This document shows, in pieces, positions 40,779 to 55,742 of a stretch of 64,000 nt of DNA. This DNA comes from Eledone cirrhosa. Lineage: Eukaryota. The notes beneath the pieces were generated by a model. The model was not told the DNA's origin. It was given only the letters and a program-made list of their open reading frames with translations, and did no database searches. A program made the translations under genes and the position numbers. The DNA is taken from NCBI GenBank assembly GCA_964016885.1, contig OZ024743.1, positions 347,510,001-347,574,000 on the forward strand, given 5' to 3'. The number at the start of each line of letters is the position of its first letter. Positions within the stretch are counted from its first letter, which is position 1.

Positions 40779-40822
<44 letters not shown>

Positions 40823-40894
40823 ATGATGGCCCTGGAGTTCTTTTTTTCATTTATATATATTTTTTTTTTTAAACAATTTTTTAAGGTTCCCTAA

Positions 40895-41345
40895 GAAAAT
40901 TGTTTTTCGTTTTGCCTTGTTTTCTTACATTGTCTTGTCCTCTGTTAATTTTCCTAAGTTTATCATTAATAATCTGTGACAAACGTGGTATCTTCCCCCG
41001 CCTTAATTTAAATGGCTTGCATTTTTTTAACACGACATCTTACTTTGTTATTCTTGATATATTTTCTATTCCTTTTCTTATTATTTTCTTTTCCATAAGC
41101 GAGACTTTCGTGTTATGGAAAGTACCACACATTTTCCTGGCGTCAAATAAATTATTTGTTTACTTGTTATAGCTTAATTGCTATGAATTAATATTTTGTC
41201 TTCCGTCTCTTGCCCCAATGGACGGCGTTTGGCTTGCATGAAACGCTTTGACACAGGATGTACTGGTGGTGCCGTTGGTGGAGGTCAATGCTACCATGGT
41301 CCACCTCAGCGACCGATGGCACTGAAGTTATGTGCCTCTGGTTTG
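40895..41345 (-). repeat. Unclassified interspersed repeat (copy 3 of 3)
   Basis: Reverse complement is colinear with 950-1350. Confidence 0.7.
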
Positions 41346-41379
41346 TATGTGTTCTGTGTCAGTGTATCAAATCTCACTG

Positions 41380-42200
41380 AGTTAGCTATTAAAGGTCCAA
41401 GATATTTGTAATCTTCACCAAAATCTTATTGCTATTTAGATATTCAACTTATAATCAGCGGCTGCACATGTCAATCGACCCCATAAGGATTATGGATGGG
41501 AAAGCTGAGAGTACGTACACTGGGCGGAGTCATACTCCCATACTGAATGGTTTCATTGGGCACATTTACCCGAATACAAATACTAAGGCATTCGTGTAGA
41601 TACATTAAGGCGACAAGAAACTGATCATTGGTCCCATAGTCCTGCAGAAACTTCCACAGTAGGTCCCGAGGAACGCGGTCGTGTGTCTTCTCGAAGTCTA
41701 GGAAGCAATCATATATATCTTGGCAGCACTTCTACGATATCTTAAAGAATATTCTGTCAGCTCTGCTGCGTCCGGAGCGAAAGCCATACTGGTCATCAGC
41801 CAGCTTTGATTCTCCCTATATGCCTTTGCCACACGCTTAGCATAGATTTTAAAAGGGAAGGTTAAAAAGAAGATTCTTCTCTTATTAGAGCAATTTCTCT
41901 TGTCTCCCTTTTTGAAAATTAGCCTTATCACCGCTGATTGCATTGCATAGGAGCCTTACCAGAAAGGCAGGCCACCGGGCACACACGAGTCAGAGAGATA
42001 ATACATTCTCTATTTAAGACTTTAAACATCTCGGAGCGAATTTCATCCTCCCCAGGAGCCTTGCTACATTAACTCTTTAATTGCTCTTGTGACGTTAGCT
42101 TTCAAGGTATTAGTCATCAGTCTCAGGTTCAACTCGTGTACATCATCAATTCGTTATTCATTCTAACCTGTATTGTGGTCATAAATCTTGTGTAATGATC
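41380..42200 (-). mobile_element. Decayed LINE RT fragment (RTE-like)
   Basis: KAPGEDEIRSEMFK, AVIRLIFKKGDKRNCSN.R.I..L....KIYAK, DFEKTHDRVPRDLLW in broken frames. Confidence 0.7.
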
Positions 42201-42439
42201 GAAAGAATACGATTGTGAGTTCAAGCGGCCGAAATGGGGTTCTGTTGAAGGGTCTTTGGATTAAGGTAAAACGATATAGTTCGGAGATCAAAGCGTCGCT
42301 CCAGGCAGAACAGCTACTTCGCTGAATTGTGAGATATAATACGGACATACAGAATGAATTGTTCAGGAAAAAAACCATGAGACAGATATTACGGACATAA
42401 GAAATCGTCAGGCGACCCTACTATGGTTTATATATATAA

Positions 42440-42486
<47 letters not shown>

Positions 42487-43557
42487 GAGAGGGGGAGGGA
42501 TACTTATAGATATAGATTTACGTAAATACGCGTGTATGTGCATGTGTGAGTATTTTTAGAAATATTAACTCGAAGCTAATAATTCATTGTGTAATTACTC
42601 CAAGTTTCCCTTAACTTTGTGATGAAAAGACACGAGATACTCAGAGCGGTTGTTCGAATCAGTCAATATTTCCGAAAGAATAAAAAAAAAAAAAAAAAAT
42701 TCATGAATGTAGTACTTTCTATCTCATTTGTTCGCGCTTATACTACGTGTTTTCATATCCATACAGAAATAACGTTAGAACATACATATACATACATTTG
42801 CTAACATACGTACCTATGTACGGACATTTCTAAATGAGCCATTTCCTTTTAGCATGGAATTTTAAATAAATTTGTTGTTGTTGTTGGGTAATGGCAACAA
42901 CTCTTGAGGTTTCGTCTTTTGTTTCTTATTACCACGATTATTTCTATTGTAGGTTTTAATGTTTGTGTCGTTCTTTTTGTTAGTAATAGTTGTGGTGTTG
43001 ATGATGGTGGCGGTGCTAGTGGTTGCGATAGTGGTTGCGGTGGTGGTGGTGCGGTGATGTTGTTGTTGATCTGAATATTCAGCTGATGATTTCTTTTGTT
43101 GCTGTTGTTGTTGCAGTAAGTTTCACAAGAGTTGTAAATGCTTTTAGCCTTAAGTGGCAACTGAAGTTTCCTTAGTAAAAGCCATAGATGTATTTATATT
43201 ATTTTAGTTGGTTTATTTAAAATCTTTCTGCAATCGCTCATGCAGTTAGAACGTATATTGTTTCAGTGATTCGGACCCCCTATCAGACCAAAGATATCGA
43301 TTTCTGGAGTTCTTGGTCAAGATTAAGGCAAATGTTAACCAATTATAGAAGAGACATTTACAATAGGAAATTCATTTTTAACAGTCTGATTTTATACACG
43401 GCAACGAGTTTTTTGTTGTAGCTGTTGTTATATCTCCTGTTCCTCTGTCATATTTCTTCTTCTTCTTCTTCTTCTTCTTCTTCTTCTTCTTCTTCTTCTT
43501 CTTCTTCTTCTTCTTCTTCTTCTTCTTCTTCTTCTTCTTCTTCTTCTTCTTCTTCTT

Positions 43558-43589
<32 letters not shown>

Positions 43590-43599
43590 CATCCCTTAC

Positions 43600-44020
43600 T
43601 GAAGTCCATAATAATAGTTTCTATGCCTTACTCCTTTTACTTAACACTATGATTTACAGATCTGAATACTTGAATGGATTTCTTCTTTTCTATAGTGATA
43701 CCTTACCGTCTGTTGTAAGATATACTGCGATTAGTATACACAACCTTACCTGATGGTTTAGACATATTAGGTTTGACTTTCATGCCTATGTGATTTGGTA
43801 TATATTAGATAAGTGTCTTTACTATTCTCTGAAATCTTTTCTGGGGAGATTCTAACACAACTTCTTCTATTGGTATTTCATAATGCTCGTATAATTTCAA
43901 GTGTATGTCCGTCATGCTTGTTGATGTATTCATCAATTCGTAAGCCTGTGAATGAAGTGACAACGTTGGTAAATATTTCGTCTTAGCATTCGCATATTTT
44001 GCAGTTACATATGTTATATT
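43600..44020 (-). mobile_element. Very decayed R4/Dong-like RLE LINE 3' remnant next to a (CTT)n tract
   Basis: Broken-frame resemblance to Y..RHD..IH..L..HY..EN..KPDI endonuclease-region motifs. Confidence 0.35.
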
Positions 44021-44060
44021 TCTTTACCTATGTTTTCATGTTACATAAGTTTACATATGT

Positions 44061-44124
<64 letters not shown>

Positions 44125-44320
44125 TTCAGTGCATGATTTCCTTGGTAAAATAGGAACATTTTAACATTCTAACGCAATCAAGATTCCTTCTTTATCAGCC
44201 TTTTGCTGTGCTTCTCAGCCAAGCATGAAAGTTTGAGACAGAATTAATGGTGTGTGGTTGGTTGTGCGACAAGCGAATCTGGATTTCCGTACGACGAACC
44301 ATCTGGATGGACACCAATGT

Positions 44321-44402
<82 letters not shown>

Positions 44403-44463
44403 CCATCTCCCTCTGTCACTCTCTCTCAGGTTATTTCCCTCTCTTTATCTATCTATCAATCTG

Positions 44464-44495
<32 letters not shown>

Positions 44496-44698
44496 ACTGG
44501 ACACACGCGTGAAACTTGCTGGGTAAGTTCTGCCTAAATTTATATAGAAATTCTTAACTGTGAACCTTCATTTTTATACCAATTTGTAGAGGGACTGCCA
44601 GGTCAAATTTTGATCTGTCCAGTCTCTCAAAATATTCTACGCCCTTAGGCGAAATAGTTCATAAACATTTTTTGGGAAAAACTAACATTTAAAAAAAA

Positions 44699-46520
44699 AT
44701 GGCTGAAGCTTCTTCGCCATCATTCGAAGGAGAAAAGGGGAAGATATGCTTACAGCTTCCCCCTACCACTCATAGTAGCAGATGTCAAAGACAAAGGTCA
44801 GCAAGTGGAAGGATTTTCTCCACCAGCTAACCGACAACTTGACGTTGCCATGGCAACAAACCAAAACCAAAAGTGTGAAACAATGAACAAAAACAACACA
44901 ACCAATGGCACCAGCAACAACAACAACAACAATGCTATGAACGAAAACAACACCAACAACAAGAACAATAACAACAACAACAAGACCAATAACTGCACCA
45001 AGGAATAAACGACAAAATATCGTTTCCGCAAACCGTAAAGAGAATGGAAAGCTACACTCCGGTAGATTTTTCAAATGCAAATGAGCTTTTGAATAACGCC
45101 AGACAGTACATAACTTTTTGGGAGAACGGATCATTCTCCATAAACTCTCCCCCAGATTTGCGGAGAGAAGCTGCTTTGAAAACTGTGATTTTCAGGACAG
45201 TCTAAAAAAAACCCCGAAAACCGACTCAACTTTCACAAGGCGAAATTGAGTTGGTTTTAGAAGATGCCTTAAAAGACATTGCTTTCATTCAGAAGTGTAG
45301 ACTCTACGGGAGTTTATCCATTCTGATGAAAGACCTACTGACGGCACAAATGTTCTGTGTCGCCAATTGTGTCACCGTTGTACACCTTTTTCCCCACTTA
45401 CATGGGGAAAAGTACACCGAAAATAAAAATCCAAAGTATCACACCAAATATTGATATTTGGTAGGTACTATGTAGATTTTTAAACCTCGATAAAGACTCA
45501 ATAATATCAGTAGGTAAGTCCTCCGGCGACCTGTTCAGCGGAACTAGCCTGGAAATTCTGGTCCAAATGACACCAGAACGAATAGCTAGGATCCCGGAAC
45601 GTGTGCTGCTGGATGGGCTTATATACATAAACATTTCGGTCGAGGGTAGGCGGCTCTCATGTTACCACTGCTTAAACAGGGGTCACCTGAGAGCTTCCTG
45701 TCCTCGGCAAACTAGCCAAAAAAAGGCATTACTGCCAACACCTGCAACACCAGCACAACAATCACCACCACCACCTCCACAACAACAACATAACAAATAT
45801 TGACAACAAAACAAACGACAAACACAGTCCCACCCAACCCCTCCCCACCTATAACAACTCCAGAAACTCACACACACATAACAGGTCCCAGAAAATGTAC
45901 CCCTCCCCAACAACACGGATGAGGCCTCATCATCGTCACACAGTGACGATGATGGAGAGCCTTTCGGACCAGAAAAAAGAAAAGACATAACACAAACAAA
46001 AATGCAACAAACACATAAACACCAACGACGCAAACAGCACAAACAAAACCACTTCCTCCTGAAAACAAAACACCTACTACAAAACGTAAACACACACAAG
46101 AACCACAGACAAAAAAGCAACACAACACAACAAAAATGTTACACCTACATAAATACTAACAATATAACTTTAACAGACACCATATATAAAAACCCTTCGG
46201 TGGAGACCGAAGGAAAAACCTTTACACAATCTTCGGAGAATCCTAATCTTAAAATGATTATGATCTCCATGGACACATATAAACAGTTAAAAGAAAAATG
46301 TCCTAACGACATAGGTAACCCCTGCGTCAAACCCTATAACCGCGTCCTTTTTAAATGTTTCCCCACCTCCACCCAGACACCCCCATCCCACCTGACACTA
46401 TTCCCCACCAAACATCTCCGTCCCCCACCCCACCAGAGACCACCACCCCACCAAACAACCCCTCCAACCACCCCATGGAAATTGTGCAGCCTGGTCCCCA
46501 GGAGACGAAGAGGTGAGTGA
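44699..46520 (+). pseudogene. Tx1-like ORF1 (gag-like, zinc knuckle), disrupted
   Basis: ATG at 44699; ISVEGRRLSCYHCLNRGHLRASCP at ~45630-45705; low-complexity N/Q/P/T regions. Confidence 0.75.
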
Positions 46521-46557
46521 TTTATTTTCCTCTTCTTTAGACTTTTTCAGCACCAAC

Positions 46558-49500
46558 ATGGGCAATATAATAGTTGGATGTGTGAATGTACGCGACCTGG
46601 AGATGCCCTGGAAACAGGGCAAACTCTTAAACGAACTCAGGTCGCACAGTATGGAAGTAGTAGCCATTTGCGAGTCCAGGATCCACAGCGAGCGACAACT
46701 GGCCTCCATCGCCGACGACTTTGAGCTCTACGCATCTCTCTATCAGCGGGGAGGTGGGAGTGGGGTTCCCGTTTAGCTGAGGAAACACCTGGAATTCGTA
46801 ACACAGACGGTACATCTGAACCCGGAGGGTCGACTGCTGGTCCTAGACGTTGACGTAGTGAAGGTGGAGCTTTCAGGCTGGTGATCGCATATGCCCCATC
46901 CGGGACACCGCGGCATCTTCAAACGTCTAGAGACTTATCTGGGAACGTCCCGCTCCCTGCTGTTAATGGGATCTGGAATGGAATCCGAGATGCACGTTGG
47001 GACTATGTGGGAGCATGTCCCGTTAGAGGGAGGTGTAACAGCCTTAAACAGTTAATTGGCCGATTTCAACTGGCCGATAGATATCAACTAGATTTTCCAA
47101 CTGTGCCACTGTGGACGTGGACCAACCATAGCGGAACATCTAGATCGTACCTAGATAGGTTTCTAGTTAGAATTCGCGATAGGGACATGTTAAGCTGTCC
47201 ACAAATGTTCATGGTTGCCTGTTCAGATCACAAACTAGTGACCTGTTTAGTCAACCTTGACAGAACGCATAGACAGGGACCCGGCTACTGGAAGCTGAAC
47301 TTGTCGTTACCAACATGCAAAGCCTAGAGTAGACAGATTAGCACATTAGTTAAGCAGCACTTGACGGGGGCCATTGTCAACAACAGATGGTGGTACTCTC
47401 TCAAGAGGGCAGTTAGATTAGACTCGATAGGTTTTAGTAAATAATTAGTGTTAGATAGAAATAAGACCGTAAAGGAACTGGTAGATAAAGTAGAAGAGAC
47501 ACTTAGGAATAGCAACGTAGCCTGCGTGCTAGCAACGAGAACGGCCTTGGACCAGTTCTTGGACGCAAAGCATGAAGGCTGCGTTTTCAGGAGCAAAATA
47601 CGTGCTCTGGGAAACGAAGGAGCCAAAGCTTTTAGCTGGTCCCGACAGACGGAGGCGAAAAGTGGCAACAAGTCCACGATTCGGTCTTTGAAGGACCAAG
47701 ACGGACGCGTGGTACGTGAGCCGAAGCAGATGTGCGCGACCTTTCAGCGGCACTTTGCTCAACTGTTCGGGCAAGGCGGCGCGCATAGAGGGGCTATGGA
47801 TTTCGGTCCAAACCTCGCCGGCCTGCCGCGACTCTCGGACAGCAAGCCGAAGTTCTGCGAAAGGCCGATTTCTGCCGCTGAGATACGAGACGCGCTGAGC
47901 CAATGCAGCAAACGCAAATCTCCAGGTCTGGACGGTCTACCCTACGAATTTTACGTAGCAATGTCGGACTTGTTCTTCGGTCTCCTGGAAGCGGTCTACT
48001 GCAACTGGCAGCAGAACGGGAGAATTCCCAGTTCTGTAACCAAGGGCGTAGACACCTTAGTCAGGAAGGACGAGAATAAGGGGTATGATATAGACAACTT
48101 CCGGCGCATAACTCTGCTAAACTCAGAGTTACAGATGTTTGCCAATGTGTTGGCAAAGAAGCTGGCGCTTGTCGTCGAAAACCTGGTGGGAGAAACGCAG
48201 ATATGCACAATCCCGACCAGGTCCATACACGACAACCTCCACCTCATACAATACATCATAGAGAGGGTAGGGTGTAAACCCGGCTTCGGTGGGGCCCTGA
48301 TCAACTTGGATCAGTTTAAGGCTATCGATATGGTTGACAATTGTTACCTGGATGCGGTGCACGAGGCGGCGGGCTTCGGACACATGTTCAGTGGCTGCAT
48401 TGCTGCAATGCACAGCAGCAACATCTGCTCAAGTGTCAAGGTGAAAGGCAACCTCTCGCAGCCGTTCCATATCACGCGATCCATCCGACAGGGATGCCCT
48501 CTCTCCTCCCTTGTGTACGTACTGACTCTCGAGCCACTATTGCGGAAGTTGGAGCTATTGCAGAGCATCCCTTTGGAACCAAGACTGCGAAAAGCGGCGT
48601 CGGCCTACGCCGAAGACCTGACAGTAATGGTGTCGAGCCCCTCGCAAATCGGGAAGACGGCACCTTACTGGAGGAATACGAAAGGTTCTCAGGAGCGAAG
48701 CTGAACCGGGACAAATCCGTCGGTTTGCAACTCGGAACGTGGCGAGGCAAAACGATGCCTTCCGATAGCGTCGTCGCACGCTGGACCGAAGGACCGGTAA
48801 AGCTGTTCGGGGTCTGGTTTGGTCCGGACCTCCAGGTGGAGAAGAACTGGAACGAGGTGACGGCCAAGGTGTTTGCGCTCACCCAGAAGCGGGCCGAGTG
48901 CAAACTATTCTTGAAAGGTCGAGCGGGGGTGGCGAAAACTTTTATAGCGTCCGTCATCTACTACCGCTTGGCCGTCGCGTCTTGTACAGCCAAAACGCTC
49001 ACCAATTCCTTTGAAAGAAACGGGCTCCTTTGGTGAGAAGATCCATCTGCTGCCAACACCCTTCAAACGGATGGCTGGGATTGGCGTGGCTGACGATGCA
49101 CAAACACGCGCTCAGACTGCGGCACCTCCACGTATTCCTCACTGGACAACCGGTGTGGGCCCCGTTCGTGAGGCGAGCCTTCCCACGACTCGTCTCGCTG
49201 ACCGTGCTGCAGTCCTGGGTCAAGCAAAGACCGAGGCAAATGGGCGACTGGCACATCGAATGTGCTCAGGCGCTCACAGTCCTCTGGCAAACGGACCCGG
49301 CGAATAGTGGTGATTCCACTTCGTCATTCTATAGAGGGTTGGTCCGCAGCAAGTGCGACGATGCGATCGGAGAAACTCTAGGCGTAGAGGAAGACGAACT
49401 GGCCAGTCTGTTCGGTAGGACCTTCCGCCAAGGGCGATAGACAACTTCCAAAAGTCCCTGGCCTGGCAGTGCTACCGAGGAGCTCTACTATTTCGAGAGA

Positions 49501-49963
49501 AGCTCTACAGACACGGGCGTCCGGGCAGGGACCCTTCGAAAAAGATCTGTCCGAAATGCGTGCGTGAGGAGGAAACTGTCGCGCACGCATTTGTACACTT
49601 CCCGGGCGTTACCGACCTGTGGGGCTATGTAGAACGACTTTTGTCGCGGGTGGGACCAATACAGTTGAGCACCAAGTCCATTGTCATGATTAAACCTCCA
49701 CCCTCCTTTAAATACGAAAGAGAGGCGGTTTTCCTATGTGTTAGGGGTATGGTGAAAGAGGTTATATGGTGGACGAGGTTAAAAGGACTGAGGTCGGACA
49801 CCCTTCTCTCCTGCGAACAACTGATTCGTTTTTCAAATATCATTTTGGAAGAAGAATCAGGATGGATAGAGAGGTGCTGTACTCCAGCTAATTTTATAAA
49901 AGGTGGGTGAACGTGGTAAAGATAGCCCGAGTGGTTGGGCCTTCTCTCTATATAAGCCTGTAG
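46558..49963 (+). pseudogene. Tx1-like ORF2 (APE endonuclease, reverse transcriptase, Zn finger) with several frameshifts and stops
   Basis: GCVNVRDL, AICES, YAP, SYLDRFLV, SDHKLV, GPGYWKLN, SPGLDGLPYEFY, FRRITLLNSE, IRQGCPLS, AYAEDL, LFGVWFG, CPKC..EETVAHAFVH. Confidence 0.9.
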
Positions 49964-50284
49964 GTTGAGGAAAAAGTGGAAGAGAGCATGGGAGTACTCA
50001 CTCTTGGTGCTCCGGGAGATGAGGGTTGTACATTTTTTGGGGTGCCTACAACCCCTGTGTAACGCCTCCCCCTTATTGGGGATTTCAATTGCTAATTGTT
50101 ATTTTATTAATAGTTTTATTTTCATATACCTGTATATAAACTCCCTATTTGTATTTGTCCCCTTCTTTTGTGCCCTTGTGGCTAATAAAGAAATTTATCT
50201 GTCTATAGGAAAAGAGTCAGGACTCGACGGCTGAGCTCCGGTCGTTTCGACAGCTAGATCCGAACTGATATCTATCTCTTAACC

Positions 50285-50369
<85 letters not shown>

Positions 50370-50385
50370 CCTATCTAACTATCTA

Positions 50386-50444
<59 letters not shown>

Positions 50445-50465
50445 CTATCTACCTATCTATCTCTA

Positions 50466-50508
<43 letters not shown>

Positions 50509-51329
50509 TTATCTATCGACCTATCTATCTATCTTTCTATCTAGCTAGCTATCTCCCGATTTTTTGTACTCATATCGGATTGAAAATATTCGTACATTTG
50601 TTGGACAGGAAATGGTAATGCTGTTACGAACAGGTTAACATTTAGTACACATTTCCATTTTCAGAAGCTGGATCATTTCAAACTGCATTGTTATTTATTT
50701 AGTCATAAGAGTAAATGCCCATCTGTCAGAAACAATTCGGAATCACGCAAAGGTTTCTTCACTCACCGATTCTGTAAGTTTTCGCTATTGGCCTATTGCT
50801 GGAGTAGATATAGAAGGTTATCTAAGCAGGACATGCGAACTACGTTGGGATACACGGATGATGTCATTTTACTGAAGTCGGCCACAGGAAAATAGAGGAC
50901 AGCAGCATCACATTGAAAGGATTTTACCTCGGGTCACAGGGCGACGTAATAATCGAGAAAGAGAATTTCATGCAGGCCAGTTTGTTCTTCATTGTACCGA
51001 CAACCGTATTCATATTCTTCGGATCAGGTTTCTTTTCCGAGTTTTCAACTAACTTTTACGGCATCTACTTTTTCAGTTTTTGTAGAAGAAGGTGTCCCAT
51101 TGATGAGATGGCTCTTCTACTGACAATACTTTCGAGAAAAGCTCGGTATGTAGCAGCTGATGGGGGGGGGGGGGGTAATGTAAGTCTGCAATATCTGCAA
51201 AAATTGAGGGCCGGTGAACAGGTCAAGGCACCGTTTATTAAATGTCTGTCTGATTGTCGGAGATGTAGGCTTCTGTGAAGACAAACAAAAACCAATATTG
51301 GACATCGATAACCTGCAATGTTATAAGAT

Positions 51330-51378
<49 letters not shown>

Positions 51379-52157
51379 GATTAAAATGATAATAATTACA
51401 ATAATGCTGTTACAACCACTAGCGCTCTTCTTTATTTTGCCTTTACTGACTCGGCTTACTGGATGATTATATGTAATAATGATTTTTTTCGGGGTTTTCT
51501 TTTCTTCTTGCAGCTAAATAAGGTTGCTACTGATATTGCTGGCGTTGCTATTGGTTTATGTCACGTAGATTGGTGAATGGCGGCTTTAAATAGCGAACAG
51601 ACTCTGTGGGAAATGAGAAATCTTCCCAGTAAGAAATACACGTTCCAACATAGCTATTTTTCCTTTCCTAAATGCACTTGACTTCTATTCTACACCTTAT
51701 TACTTACGTTTCATTGTTTTTGTTTTTTTGGGGGTCTCTTTTTACGTTCTCTCATATATATTTACTTCTGTTTCTTATTTTCCATCTTTTTGTCCCTCAA
51801 TTTTTTTATAGTATGTTCCCTTGCTTCTTCTTTCTAAATGTTATTCTCTTAATCATTCATTCATTCGTTTCTTGAGTAGCACCTTTTTAATGTTGTATAT
51901 ATATGTGTGTATATATATATATGTATATATATATAATAGAACAAAAAATGAGGAAGTTTCGTTTACATATATCTATCTATCTATCTATCTATATCTCTCT
52001 CTATCTATCTATCTAATTATCTACCTATATATATATATATATATATATATATTCTTCATCCATTTATCTATTTATTTAAGCATTCAATCGTGTTGGCTGC
52101 TCTGCTATGTTCGCAAATCAAGAATAACTTCATTCTATGTTCTCGACCATGATGCTT

Positions 52158-52248
52158 CTCTTCTTCTTCTTCTTCTTCTTCTTCTTCTTCTTCTTCTTCT
52201 TCTTCTTCTTCTTCTTCTTCTTCCATTATTATTATTACTTTTCACTTT

Positions 52249-52300
<52 letters not shown>

Positions 52301-52412
52301 CACCACCACCACCACCACCACTACTACTACTATACTTCCACCACCACCACCACCACCAGCACACCACCACCACCACCACCACCAGCACACCACCACCACC
52401 ACCACCACCACC

Positions 52413-52487
<75 letters not shown>
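52158..52487. repeat. Compound (CTT)n-(TAC)n-(CAC)n microsatellite
   Basis: Directly visible. Confidence 0.95.
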
Positions 52488-52976
52488 GTATTCACATCAT
52501 CATCTTAAAATGTATTTATATATTTGCTTTGTTTCTGTGCCTATTGGTCGGTCCTTCATGGTCAGACAAGGTTACAGTTAACAAACCGGAAACGCTGATT
52601 GCTACGGAAGCGAGGTCCGAATTATAAAGTAGTGATGCCAATCACGCGATTTACCCTTGAAAATTTGGCATCATTAGGGAGTACAATCGATTTTGGTTTT
52701 TAGCCTAAATTCGCTCGTTTGGATTCAATGTGTTTTTCATTTCTCTCCTCTGTTGATGTTGTTGTTGCTGCTGTTTTTGTTGTAGTTGATGATGTGTGTG
52801 TTTTTTTTTTCAGGTATTCTATATTGGTTGTTTAGTTTATTTATATACTTTTATATTTCTTTCGTGTATTTCATATTTCTTTCTTTGTTTCATTTGTCTT
52901 CTATTTCCTTTCAGAAAATTGTAGTGGACGGACTTCTAATTCCAAGTGTATCCCCATCTCTCTCACTCCCTCCACT

Positions 52977-53053
<77 letters not shown>

Positions 53054-53434
53054 TGTATGTATATATATATATATATATATATAAGCATATATATATATAT
53101 ATATATATATGTATATCTCGCCATATACATAGTTATACAAATACACACACACACATATATATTTGTGTGTGTGCGCGCGTGTGTGTGTGTGCGTGTGTGA
53201 TTGTGCGTGTATGCACACTGTCTAAACATGACAGTCGAATATGACCAAATATCCAAAAAGAATTAGCAGACATATAACTGAATTACAGATCACTGGAAAA
53301 GAAAAAACACAATCGCATGAACACGCATTCATATATACACACATCCACACATCCACACACACGTGTGTACGAATGTATCTGTATCCATACATATAAACAC
53401 ACACACACAGACACGTGCACACACACACACACAT

Positions 53435-53488
<54 letters not shown>

Positions 53489-53764
53489 ACAAAATGAAAA
53501 TGAAAGAACGAAAATTTGTAATACAATACATAAATACAAATATATACATAACAAGCAAAACGACACTGACACAATAACAAGGACAACAGCAACTACAAAA
53601 ATAACAGCAACAACAACAACTACTGTGTATTTCTATAACGGAAAAAAAATCAATTCTGTTTCATGTATCTGTATTTTCCTTTTTTATTTTGAGTATGAGA
53701 TCTCATACATCCTACAATGAATTACAAAGTAATATATTTACAGGCGATTGTGTGTCCGTGTGTC

Positions 53765-53841
<77 letters not shown>

Positions 53842-53900
53842 ATTCAGTATATGCATATAATCGCACGCACCACATACACTCACAAACAAAAACACCCCCT

Positions 53901-53973
<73 letters not shown>

Positions 53974-54045
53974 TATATATGCATATATATATATACATAT
54001 ACATATATATATATATATATATAGCTATATATATATATATATATA

Positions 54046-54111
<66 letters not shown>

Positions 54112-54185
54112 TATATATGCATATATATATATACATATACATATATATATATATATATATATAGCTATATATATATATATATATA

Positions 54186-54248
<63 letters not shown>

Positions 54249-55674
54249 ATGTGTGTATCTATGTATGTATAATTTCACTAAATAAACAATATTAGACGAC
54301 GACATTAATAACAACGATGACTATGACGACGGTGACAGAAGCGTCTGAAAAATAAAATGGCTACAACCAAGTTAAATGTGAACACCCGATGTACTAAAAA
54401 GAACAGCCAATTTCCTCAAATCCTGAATATTGTGCTGCCACCTTCCCTTTCGAAATAATGACACGTTGGACAATTTACTTGTTCAAAAAGATGAGATGGT
54501 TACAGATGAAACATATTAGATCAAAGATCCCCTTAATGGAGACTGAGCTAGGGTTAAACAAAAAGTAAATCTGAAACAACTGAATCTGTCTCAAACACAA
54601 CAACAACAATGACATAAATGTATCAAGCAACGCTAGTAATTAAAATTGTGATTAAAACAGCGCTACTGTTCCCACCGTTACTACAATGTGGTGTCCGCAA
54701 AATCGTCCTCAAATTACATCCTGCTATCTATAAAGTATGTAATGTCCATTGGATAAGTTAGCCTTAGGGATACCTTTGGCTGCAACGCGTTTAATCATCG
54801 GTATGTCCAATCATTCTTTATCCTGGAGTTGAATAATAACATTAACATACCACTATCATAAAACAATATCAACAACAATAACAACAACCATGTTACTAGC
54901 AGCTACATATTTAATATCACCCAGTAAAGAAACATACAACAGCATTAAACAAAATTAATAATCAATCTAAACTCATTCGGCATAGATTACGACAACAACA
55001 AGGTTAACAACATCACCATCATAACAACCAGCAACAACATCAACGCTAACAAACAAAAACAGCAACAACCTTAATGCCAAGAAAAACAACACCAATACAA
55101 CATCGAAAATAAGTATATTAACAAAAACGCCAACAGAGACAAAACGCTAATGACAACAAGAACAACAAAAACAATGCCAACTGCAGAAACAAAGACAGCA
55201 ATTTGAAATACAGCAAAACCAGATGCAAAAACGAATATCTTCAACCTTCATAAGAAAAAAGAGATTAAAAAAATCAAACGTAATAAACACGAAACTATTC
55301 ATATTTGATTTGTTTTCTTATATATTTCGGTTCCTTTCATACACAGTGATATTGATATATTTCTTCAACTCTACCATATCAATAGAGTTATCTTTCTTCA
55401 GGCGATGGGTAAATAGTATTCTTCACAATTACGTGGCACCACGATCAATCCCACCTCACGGCCAATTCTATAATTGATTTCTTCTGAACTAAATACTAAT
55501 AAATCCCCGAGTTGAGGTGGAAAGTGTGTAGAAGCTCATCGTATATCCCAACACAACCACCCACACATATATTATGTTGGCATATACGTATGTATATATA
55601 TATGTAGATATAGATATATGTGTGGGTATGTCTGTGTGTGTGTATGCATGCATGTATGTATGTATATTATCATA

Positions 55675-55742
<68 letters not shown>

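Larger units (their letters stand above)
44497..50195 (+). mobile_element. Near full-length decayed Tx1/L1-clade LINE (~5.7 kb)
   Basis: 5' UTR, ORF1 with CCHC knuckle, ORF2 with APE + RT + C-terminal Zn motif, AATAAA at 50184. Flanked by TATC-type repeat sequence. Confidence 0.9.

Noticed and set aside
50913-51278. 121-aa ORF as a host exon
   Set aside because: No recognisable domain; more likely a decayed LINE fragment.
53960-54240. ~138-bp higher-order duplication inside a (TA)n array
   Set aside because: Ordinary slippage, unequal exchange or assembly artefact.
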